Source: an uncultured Methanosarcinales archaeon (lineage in GTDB: Archaea; Nanobdellota; Nanobdellia; Woesearchaeales; SKGA01). Taken from it: a stretch of DNA of 59,192 nucleotides. A program made the position numbers and the translations under genes. The notes under the pieces are model-generated. The model ran no database searches. It was not told where the DNA came from and worked only from the letters and a program-made list of their open reading frames with translations. Shown in pieces: positions 1-6,771 of the stretch. Position 1 is the stretch's first letter, and the number at the start of each line of letters is the position of its first letter. The stretch lies in NCBI GenBank assembly GCA_964428445.1, contig CAYRYC010000002.1, forward strand, positions 1 to 59,192. The letters are read 5' to 3'.

Positions 1-262
1 TCATATCTACTTTATCCAAATCTTTCTTAAACCAATCTTTAGCCATTCTAGTCAAGAAACTAGCGGCTTGCAAATTGCGAGCATTACCGATTTTTCTTTT
101 CTGACCAATGCGAATAGTCTTACCTAATTTAGAATCTCGAATGTATTTAAGAATCAAATCGCGATTAGAATCACTCAAATCAGGATCGATTTTGATGCTC
201 TCAAGCTTACTAGCTAAACGCGAGGCAAACTTGTTAACATCAACATAATCATTATTTTCCAA
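1..262 (-). CDS. phage-type tyrosine integrase, N-terminal portion only (ORF runs off the window start)
   Basis: Open minus-strand frame from TTG at 262-260 to the window edge; absent from the ORF track because it is edge-truncated. The translation ...SNRDLILKYIRDSKLGKTIRIGQKRKIGNARNLQAASFLTRMAKDWFKKDLDKV resembles the N-terminal SAM-like domain of archaeal site-specific integrases. It lies about 110 bp from direct-repeat copy A. Confidence 0.4.
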   Translation of the reverse strand, partial: MENNDYVDVNKFASRLASKLESIKIDPDLSDSNRDLILKYIRDSKLGKTIRIGQKRKIGNARNLQAASFLTRMAKDWFKKDLDKVDM

Positions 263-370
263 AATATATCACCTGATAATTCAATCCGTCTTGAATGATT
301 TATATAATGAGTCAAGATAATGAGGACATCAGCTATCTCACCAATCACACGTGATTCGTGACTCAAAAAA

Positions 371-657
371 ATCAATTCAAAAAGAAAATAGTCGAAATAA
401 TATAAAGAAAAAACTCGGAGAAGGAGAAATATGAAAAAAGAAATAAAAAATCCAAAAATGTTGGGAAAACACCAAGAGTCCCAAAAAATTACTCGGACAA
501 AATAGCGACACCACAGGCATAAACAAAATCACCAAAAACAAGCAATCCACCCAAACAAAGTGACGAAAACAACAATTCAGAAGATACAAAGAACGTGTGT
601 AAAGAATTAGAAGAAACGAGTCCAACAAAGTTGGGAAAAGGGTAATGGGCCTGCCCG
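371..657 (+). repeat. long direct repeat, copy A (distal; ends in a 12-nt tRNA-Val 3'-end fragment at 646-657)
   Basis: Aligns base for base with 6318-6582, apart from about 10 substitutions in the shared core, a few more in the 5' box, and an extra insertion of about 22 nt (around 434-455). The plus strand is A-rich. No credible coding frame. Confidence 0.85.
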
Positions 658-781
658 ACCTCAGCTAACGCAAGCTACAAAACAAGTTTCATCAAAAAAA
701 CGCCAAAAATAAAGGTTTATTTATAAAGGTTGTGAATGAAACAACAAGGTTTATAAATAACTAAACCTCTCAAACAACAAG

Positions 782-2005
782 ATGATCTCAACAGAAGAAC
801 TCAAAGAAATAATCAAAACAACAAGCATTCTAGAATCAAAAAAACGAACTAAATATCTCAAAAAAATAAAACCTTGGCTAGAAAGAAAAGAAATAATTAT
901 TCTCAAAGGAATACGTCGATGTGGAAAAACACACATCATGCATCAACTCATACAAACACTCCCTAAAAAGAACACATTCTACTTAGATTTTGATGATTTC
1001 AGATTCGATCAACACATCAGCATAGAACTTCTAGAAAAAATAATCTCAATAAGAGACCCAAAAAAACAATCCTACTTCTTCCTTGATGAAATACAACGAA
1101 TCAAAGGTTTTGAAAAATGGCTAAGAACATACTACGATAAAGAAACAAATATTAAATTTATTATCGGAGGATCAAACATATCACTCCTAGCGCCAAAACT
1201 CAGCACAGTCCTCACAGGAAGAAACATAACATTCGAAATATATCCACTAAACTACAAAGAATTCCAAGAATTCTCAAAAGAATCAATTGAAACATATTTA
1301 AAATTCGGAGGTTTTCCTGAAGTTGTTCTTGCAAAAAATGAAACAATAAAAAGAAAACTATTAGAACAATATGTTGACGATATCATAACAAAAGACATTC
1401 TAGAAAAATACGATCTATCAAACGCTACACAAATAAAAGCACTAGTAAAATTCTTCCTCAATAACCCAGGAATAAAAATAAGCGCAAACAAACTAGGAAA
1501 ACAACTAGGAATAGACAAAAACACCGCACAAAAATACATAGAACACATAAAAGACACATTCTTAGTTTTCGAAATACCTTATTTCTCATATTCAGCAAAA
1601 ACAAAATACATAGGAGCATACGCACCAAAATACTACTGCATAGACAACGGACTACACACAATAACAACAACAAGAGAAAACAAAGGAACACTCCTAGAAA
1701 ATGCAATAGCAATAAAATTATTACAAACAAACAAAGAAATATTTTACTGGCAAAATAAAGTAGAAATAGACTTCGTGACAAACGAAAAAGCAATACAAGT
1801 AACAGCAACAACAAAAATACCTCAAAGAGAAACAGAAGCATTCAACGAATTTAAAAAAGAACACAAAAAAATAACAAAACACATCTTAATAAGCCCAGAA
1901 AAAGAAGGCACTGAGAAATTATCAGTAATTTCTGGTGCCGCTAATCGCGGAAAAAAAAATGAAATAACATTTATCAAAATAAATGAATTCTTAGAAAATA
2001 GTTGA
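782..2005 (+). CDS. AAA+ ATPase (AAA_14 / DUF4143-type archaeal ATPase)
   Basis: Walker A GIRRCGKTH and Walker B YFFLDEIQ. The length and C-terminal region are typical of the AAA_14 + DUF4143 family. Confidence 0.75.
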   Translation: MISTEELKEIIKTTSILESKKRTKYLKKIKPWLERKEIIILKGIRRCGKTHIMHQLIQTLPKKNTFYLDFDDFRFDQHISIELLEKIISIRDPKKQSYFFLDEIQRIKGFEKWLRTYYDKETNIKFIIGGSNISLLAPKLSTVLTGRNITFEIYPLNYKEFQEFSKESIETYLKFGGFPEVVLAKNETIKRKLLEQYVDDIITKDILEKYDLSNATQIKALVKFFLNNPGIKISANKLGKQLGIDKNTAQKYIEHIKDTFLVFEIPYFSYSAKTKYIGAYAPKYYCIDNGLHTITTTRENKGTLLENAIAIKLLQTNKEIFYWQNKVEIDFVTNEKAIQVTATTKIPQRETEAFNEFKKEHKKITKHILISPEKEGTEKLSVISGAANRGKKNEITFIKINEFLENS

Positions 2006-2030
2006 AATAATATAAAGAAAAAACTCGGAG
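1981..2030 (+). repeat. third, partial copy (about 50 nt) of the 5' box of the island repeats; overlaps the ATPase stop codon and sits about 35 nt from the DGR TR
   Basis: gaaaatagttgaaataatataaagaaaaaactcggag matches 384-420 and 6331-6367 with 1-3 mismatches. It contains a BRE/TATA-like tcgaaataatataaag on plus and a T-run (gagttttttc) on minus. Confidence 0.7.
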
Positions 2031-2065
2031 GAATAAGATAGGGTGTCTCAGCCAATTTAGCTTGA

Positions 2066-2164
2066 CTATTCCAACGAACCGCCCATTATTGTTATTGACA
2101 TTATTATTGCCATTAGCATTGGAGTCATTATTAAGATTGTTGACATACCACAGGCGCCCAACAG
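2066..2164 (-). repeat. DGR template repeat (TR)
   Basis: Aligns to 2615-2716. On the minus strand it is AAY-codon rich; the pseudo-ORF reads VGRLWYVNNLNNDSNANGNNNVNNNNGRFVG. Mismatches to the VR fall almost only on its adenines. Confidence 0.85.
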
Positions 2165-2468
2165 TAGCCATTTCACCTTCTCAATATTTGTTCACCACCA
2201 CTTCGTTTCTCATGAAAATTATAAATTTTCAGGAGTTCAAAAATTCAAGATTTTTTAAAACCGTTGTGGTTGAATTTTATAACAGACAAAAAGCAGATGC
2301 TTTTTGGAGTCCCAGAAATTATTAATTTCTAAGGACAGTTAGACTGCCATAGTGAAATGACGTGTAGTTCCAAACCAATTCATGTATTCATCAATTATTT
2401 TGAATGATGAATCAGCTGAGACAAAAAGAAGTAAAAAGAAAAAGATATAAAAAAGTATCTAAAAGAAA

Positions 2469-3278
2469 TTACTTGTAGCTATCTTGAATAGCTTTTGTAA
2501 TTCCTTTTTTTGTTGCTCCTTCAACAACATCAGTATTTTTAAGGTAAGCATGCACATTGTTAGTAATTGTGCTGATACTAGGCGTATTACCGCGCGCACC
2601 AAGCGCCTCCGGCGCTACCCCAACGAACCGCCCACCACTCCTGCCATCGACACTATAATTGCCACTAGCACTGGAGCCATACCCAAGACTGCCGACACAC
2701 CACAGGCGCCCAACAGCTTTTTTTTGTGCTGAACCAAAATATACATCCATCATCTTTTCTTTGCTGTATTGTTCTTTTCCTAACCTGAATGTTTCATCAA
2801 CATAATTATTGAGAAGAATTTTATCTCCTCCTGCAAGTGCGATCCACACAGGATGATTTTTAGCTTCTTCAGGACTAAGAACTGATCTTAGTTTTAGATT
2901 TTCTATGTCTTTTTTTGAAAACTCCTCGACAGCATCTAATGATTTATACACTGCAATTGATTCATCAATACTATCTCCTAAAACTATAGCTCCATTTGAA
3001 AGAGGGGAGTTTGGTGTTAAGTCTTTGATTATTTGTGCTCCAAGAACAATTTTTGCACTGCCTTCCGGATGATAGAAAATTCCATCTCCAGTATCAAAAT
3101 AATTATTCCACCAAGCATCTTGAGTTGATGTACCTAATGAGTTTAATCTTTCTTGCATTAAACCAGCTGATAAAAGAGGAACTCTTCCTTCTGCAATAAG
3201 TTTAGGCATTTCTTTATGATTTGCTCCGTAGAAGTCCTTAAATGGGACGATTTGATCGTTTAGTTCTAAATTTGACAT
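2469..3278 (-). CDS. DGR variable (target) protein, VR-bearing C-terminal region (C-type-lectin/FGE-like fold inferred)
   Basis: 269-aa ORF containing the VR. Residues ...AVGRLWCVGSLGYGSSASGNYSVDGRSGGRFVGV... have invariant GRLW and GRFVG flanks, as in DGR CLec-type variable regions. Confidence 0.8.
   Translation of the reverse strand: MSNLELNDQIVPFKDFYGANHKEMPKLIAEGRVPLLSAGLMQERLNSLGTSTQDAWWNNYFDTGDGIFYHPEGSAKIVLGAQIIKDLTPNSPLSNGAIVLGDSIDESIAVYKSLDAVEEFSKKDIENLKLRSVLSPEEAKNHPVWIALAGGDKILLNNYVDETFRLGKEQYSKEKMMDVYFGSAQKKAVGRLWCVGSLGYGSSASGNYSVDGRSGGRFVGVAPEALGARGNTPSISTITNNVHAYLKNTDVVEGATKKGITKAIQDSYK
2591..2616 (-). promoter_or_regulatory. GC-rich IMH-like segment with a 6-bp hairpin immediately 3' of the VR
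   Basis: TR/VR homology stops here. The VR side reads agcgcc-tcc-ggcgct (2602-2616, perfect 6-bp stem) within cgcgcgcaccaagcgcctccggcgct. This is the most GC-rich patch in the region and the TR has no counterpart. Confidence 0.5.
2615..2716 (-). repeat. DGR variable repeat (VR)
   Basis: 102 nt versus the 99-nt TR. There are 20 substitutions at TR adenines, 1 at a non-A position, and one extra codon. Confidence 0.85.
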
Positions 3279-3429
3279 TTTATTTTTTACCTCGAATTAT
3301 ATTATAATACTTAAGAAGATTAGTTACTGTATTTAAACCTTTCGATTTTGTTGTCACTTTTAAGTAGTATTTGTTTGTTATCTCTCCCAACCATAAGAAC
3401 TAATAAAATACCTTGAATCACACCCAATA

Positions 3430-5064
3430 ATGAATATTTATAAAAAACTGTGCAGTTACGAAAATCTAGAAAAAGCATTCCTCAAGGCACGTAAAGGAAA
3501 AACACTAAAACAATACGTCATCGACTTCGAACATAATTTGCATGAAAATCTATTTGAACTTAGAAATGAACTGTTAATGCAAACATACAAACCAAAACCA
3601 TTGAAAACATTTATTCTTAGAGATCCAAAAACAAGAAAAATAAGCAAATCAGCATTCAGAGATAGAGTAATACATCACGCAATTTGCAACATAATAGAAC
3701 CAAGCTTTGAAAAAAACTTCATCCACGATTCATTCGCAAATAGAATCGGAAAAGGAACACTCAACGCAATAAAAAGATTTGATATCTTCAAAAGAAAAGT
3801 ATCAAAAAACAACACAAGAAAATGTTATGTTCTCAAAGCAGACATAAAAAGTTATTTCGAAACCGTAAGCCACAAAATTCTAATAAACATACTAAATAAA
3901 AAAATTCAAGATGAAAACACATTAGAACTCATAAAAATAATTCTCAACAACTATCAAGGAAAAGAAAACAACAAAGGAATGCCTCTAGGCAATCTAACTT
4001 CGCAATTCTTCGCCAACGTATATCTAAACGAACTTGATCAATATGTAAAACACAAACTAAAAGCCAAACACTACATTCGATACGTTGATGACTTCGCAAT
4101 TTTACACCAATCAAAACAAATTCTTGAAGAATATAAAAAACAAATAAATATTTTTCTTAAAAATAAGCTTGACCTCGTATTACATCCTGAAAAAACTCAA
4201 ATAATCAAATTAGAGAAAGGAATAGGATTCTTGGGATTCAGAATATTTTATCATCACAAACTTCTGGTCAAGAAAAATATGCGTAAATTTGAAAAGAAAA
4301 TGGAGCAGATGAAAAAAGATTATTCTAGAGAAAAAATTGACAGAGAAAAAGTTATTGAAAAATACGAGGGATGGATTGCATATGCATCTCATGCAAACAC
4401 CTACAAATATCGTAAAAGAATGACAAGCAAACTTAACATAGCATTTCCAACTCAGCCAGAAGTTAAAATTACCTCAGTAAAAAAGCATGAAAATTTCAAT
4501 AAAAAAATCGACTTCGACAAAATAGAATTTAGTCAACAAAAAACATTACAACTTATTAATAAAGGGCTAAATGTTAAACAAATAGCGGAAAAAAGAAGTA
4601 TTAAAGAAAGCACCGTATGGGATCATATTGCTAATTTAGTTCAGCATCACCAACTACAATTAAAGAGAGTTATGAAAACTCACAAAGTAAGAAAAATTCT
4701 CGATGCAATTACATCTCCAGAAAATAAATTAAAAGAAATTAAAAACAGAATAAAAGATGATTCAATATCATATAATGAAATACAAGTAGTCCTAGCAAAC
4801 GTAAAAGGAAAACACAAAAAGAAAAGCATATCATATTATGTTGAATGGTATCAGCGAACAAATTGCTTCAGAAAATGTTACCACAACAAGAATCAAAGAA
4901 ATGAATGTCGAGTTAAATTTCAACAACTAATTGCAAAAGAACCAAATTTGGAATTTTCTAGACAAGAATTTCTCAATTTTTTCAACAACTATGTGAACAT
5001 TTGCAAACTAGATGAAAAAGATAAAAGAAAATTTATTTCATGGAAACAATTTAAGAGAAAATAA
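3430..5064 (+). CDS. DGR-type reverse transcriptase with a C-terminal extension of about 210 aa (HTH plus Cys-containing tail)
   Basis: RT motifs KTRKISKSAFRDRVIHHAI, YVLKADIKSYF, the DGR-signature GMPLGNLTSQFFANVYL, RYVDDFAIL and GIGFLGFRIF. C-terminal QKTLQLINKGLNVKQIAEKRSIKESTVWDHIANLV looks HTH_40-like. Confidence 0.85.
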   Translation: MNIYKKLCSYENLEKAFLKARKGKTLKQYVIDFEHNLHENLFELRNELLMQTYKPKPLKTFILRDPKTRKISKSAFRDRVIHHAICNIIEPSFEKNFIHDSFANRIGKGTLNAIKRFDIFKRKVSKNNTRKCYVLKADIKSYFETVSHKILINILNKKIQDENTLELIKIILNNYQGKENNKGMPLGNLTSQFFANVYLNELDQYVKHKLKAKHYIRYVDDFAILHQSKQILEEYKKQINIFLKNKLDLVLHPEKTQIIKLEKGIGFLGFRIFYHHKLLVKKNMRKFEKKMEQMKKDYSREKIDREKVIEKYEGWIAYASHANTYKYRKRMTSKLNIAFPTQPEVKITSVKKHENFNKKIDFDKIEFSQQKTLQLINKGLNVKQIAEKRSIKESTVWDHIANLVQHHQLQLKRVMKTHKVRKILDAITSPENKLKEIKNRIKDDSISYNEIQVVLANVKGKHKKKSISYYVEWYQRTNCFRKCYHNKNQRNECRVKFQQLIAKEPNLEFSRQEFLNFFNNYVNICKLDEKDKRKFISWKQFKRK

Positions 5065-5125
5065 ATGTTTTTCAAATAAAAACACAGTCCCAGAGGAACT
5101 CTGGCAACAAATTCGGACAACACAA

Positions 5126-5650
5126 TTATAAATCCAGTATTAAAATTATTTTTTGTACAAATTTTGCTGCGTTACTAATTATTTCATCTACTTTTCTAGT
5201 TGTATAACTTGGTCTTGCTCGGTACCTTGCTGTGTGGCTTTCTGTTCTTGCATCACTAAAATATTTTATATATTCATCTTCGAATATTTTGTGTGCTTGA
5301 TCTAGTAATTCTAAATCTTCTTTTTCTATTTTATCAGGCACTAGCAAATATCCTAATGCTATTTGTGCTGCAAAATGATCGTTTACTTCATATCCTTTTG
5401 AAAGAATGGCTGCTTTAGTTGCATATAACATCGAGTAATAACTTATCGTTATCGCCCAATAATTCCAATGTATTTTTTCAGGTTGATCTTTGTTCGGCAG
5501 TATTTCCTTATGATGCTTTGCAATTAATAAGCTGTTTGTTGCTTTTTCTAAGAATAATTTTATCTTAAATGACTGAGTTGATTCTTTAATTTTAAGTTCT
5601 TCTTTAAATTGATTAAATAGTTCTTCATATTTTTCTTTATTATAATGCAT
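5126..5650 (-). CDS. HEPN domain protein (toxin-like partner of the upstream nucleotidyltransferase)
   Basis: All-helical 174-aa protein with an HEPN-like core (SLLIAKHH...YYSMLYATKAAILSKGYEV...H). It overlaps the NT gene by 11 nt, the canonical MNT-HEPN arrangement. Confidence 0.6.
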   Translation of the reverse strand: MHYNKEKYEELFNQFKEELKIKESTQSFKIKLFLEKATNSLLIAKHHKEILPNKDQPEKIHWNYWAITISYYSMLYATKAAILSKGYEVNDHFAAQIALGYLLVPDKIEKEDLELLDQAHKIFEDEYIKYFSDARTESHTARYRARPSYTTRKVDEIISNAAKFVQKIILILDL

Positions 5651-6233
5651 TTATTGTTACCTCCCAAAATTTTTGAGGGTTATTTAGAATAATATGATTT
5701 TTTAATGCTTGTTTTCCTACATTTTCTTCTTTATCGCTTAACATTAATTTAAATTCTTTTTTAGTTATAAAAATAGGATTTATTTTTTTATTAAATATTA
5801 ACTCATACTTAGAAAAAGATACTGTTCGATCCCCTCTAGTATTAATTATAAGTAAATCAATATCTGAATTTTTTGTTTGAGTTCCCTTCGCGTAACTGCC
5901 AAAAAGTAAAACCACATCATTAGTGTTTATTTCTTTTGAAAGTTGATTAATTTGTACTTGACTTTTTAGAAATTCTTGCTTTTCTTCGTCCGATGCTATC
6001 GTTAAGTGTGCAATTATAGTATCCTTTTCTTTATTTATTGTTATTAACTTAGTTTGACCAACAACTTCGCTCGTTAATAGATCTTTTAATTTACTTACAA
6101 TTCTATGAAATGTAGCATAAGGAATATTTAATAATTTACTTACTTCGTTCATCGAAAAGGCCTTAGAAGTATTTTTTCCCAGGAAAAGTAACAATTTATT
6201 TGAGTTATCCATATTATGGATATAATTATCCAT
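5640..6233 (-). CDS. minimal nucleotidyltransferase (MNT) with an N-terminal wHTH
   Basis: LLFGSYAKGTQTKNSDIDLLII matches the GS...DxD pol-beta NT motif. The N-terminal MNEVSKLLNIPYATFHRIVSKL is HTH-like. Confidence 0.7.
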   Translation of the reverse strand: MDNYIHNMDNSNKLLLFLGKNTSKAFSMNEVSKLLNIPYATFHRIVSKLKDLLTSEVVGQTKLITINKEKDTIIAHLTIASDEEKQEFLKSQVQINQLSKEINTNDVVLLFGSYAKGTQTKNSDIDLLIINTRGDRTVSFSKYELIFNKKINPIFITKKEFKLMLSDKEENVGKQALKNHIILNNPQKFWEVTINAL

Positions 6234-6317
6234 TAAATGATATATAAACTTTTCGGTTTGTAAAAATTACCATCGGAAGACAACATTTTGAGTTAGATAC
6301 AATTTGTAACCAACTGA

Positions 6318-6582
6318 ATCAATTCAAAAAGAAAATAGTTAAGATAATATAAAGAAAAAACTCGGACAGCGAGAATCCAAAAATGTTGGGAAAACACCAA
6401 GAGTCCAAAAAAATCACTCGGACAAAATAGCGACACCACAGGCGTAAACAAAATCACCAAAAACAAGCAATCCACTCATACTGCGTGACGAAAACAACGA
6501 TTCGGAAGATACAAAGAACGTGTGTAAAGAATTAGAAGAAACGAGTCCAACAAAGTTGGGAAAAGGGTAATGGGCCTGCCCG
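6318..6582 (+). repeat. long direct repeat, copy B (tRNA-proximal; overlaps the tRNA-Val 3' end at 6571-6582)
   Basis: See copy A. This copy is continuous with the intact tRNA-Val. Confidence 0.85.
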
Positions 6583-6643
6583 GACTCGAACCGGGGATCA
6601 ATGCCTTGTAAGGGCACTGTCATAGCCACTAGACCACAGGCCC
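6571..6643 (-). tRNA. tRNA-Val (anticodon UAC)
   Basis: Hand-folded cloverleaf: acceptor GGGCCTG/CAGGCCC, anticodon stem GTGCC/GGCAT with loop CTTACAA, T-arm CCCGG-TTCGAGT-CCGGG, discriminator A. CCA is not encoded. Confidence 0.85.
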
Positions 6644-6771
6644 GCAAGAATAATCATGCGAGTGATTGAAGAATATAGATTTTATTTATAAGAGTTTCTA
6701 CAGTTTAGTTCAAAACGAAGGTTTTTTGACAAAAATTTCTCTTTTCACAACTTAGTAAAAAAATCTCTCAT

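Larger units (their letters stand above)
371..6582. mobile_element. putative integrated island at tRNA-Val, bounded by long direct repeats; carries an AAA ATPase, a DGR and an MNT-HEPN pair
   Basis: Direct repeats 371-657 and 6318-6582 are nearly identical. Both end with tgggcctgcccg, the 3' terminal 12 nt (antisense) of tRNA-Val at 6571-6643. The cargo is accessory-type and an integrase fragment flanks the left side. Confidence 0.5.

Noticed and set aside
377-628. ORFs inside the long direct repeats and antisense to tRNA-Val (377..628, 6293..6475, 6414..6647)
   Set aside because: The translations are Phe/Leu-rich junk from the T-rich strand. The frame is not preserved between the two repeat copies (indels), and one overlaps the tRNA.
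1974-2171. 65-aa minus-strand ORF rich in Asn (…NNLNNDSNANGNNNVNNNNG…)
   Set aside because: It is the DGR template repeat read in the VR frame. AAY richness is a TR property, there is no independent start context, and it runs into the repeat box, so it is annotated as the TR and not as a CDS.
2411-2426. atgatga followed by ctga downstream of the DGR target gene
   Set aside because: The boxes are only 5 nt apart, too close for a C/D guide RNA.
2062-2732. Plus-strand ORFs 2062..2325 and 2484..2732
   Set aside because: They are antisense shadows across the TR and across the VR/target gene. They have low-complexity translations and no support.
6433-6445. The motif gacaccacaggcg in repeat copy B (a variant is in copy A at about 510-522) resembles gacacaccacaggcg at the 5' boundary of the VR/TR (2695-2709; 2148-2157)
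   Set aside because: It is only a match of about 12-14 nt with a 2-nt gap and no flanking similarity. It could be chance or a relic and is not enough to claim a remote DGR target.
371-6582. Whether repeat copy A (371-657) acts as a second, non-coding TR with copy B (6318-6582) as its VR
   Set aside because: In the shared core, 7 of 10 substitutions are positions where copy A has adenine on the plus strand. That strand is about half A, several changes are simple A/G transitions, and there are also C/T changes and indels. The bias is therefore not significant.
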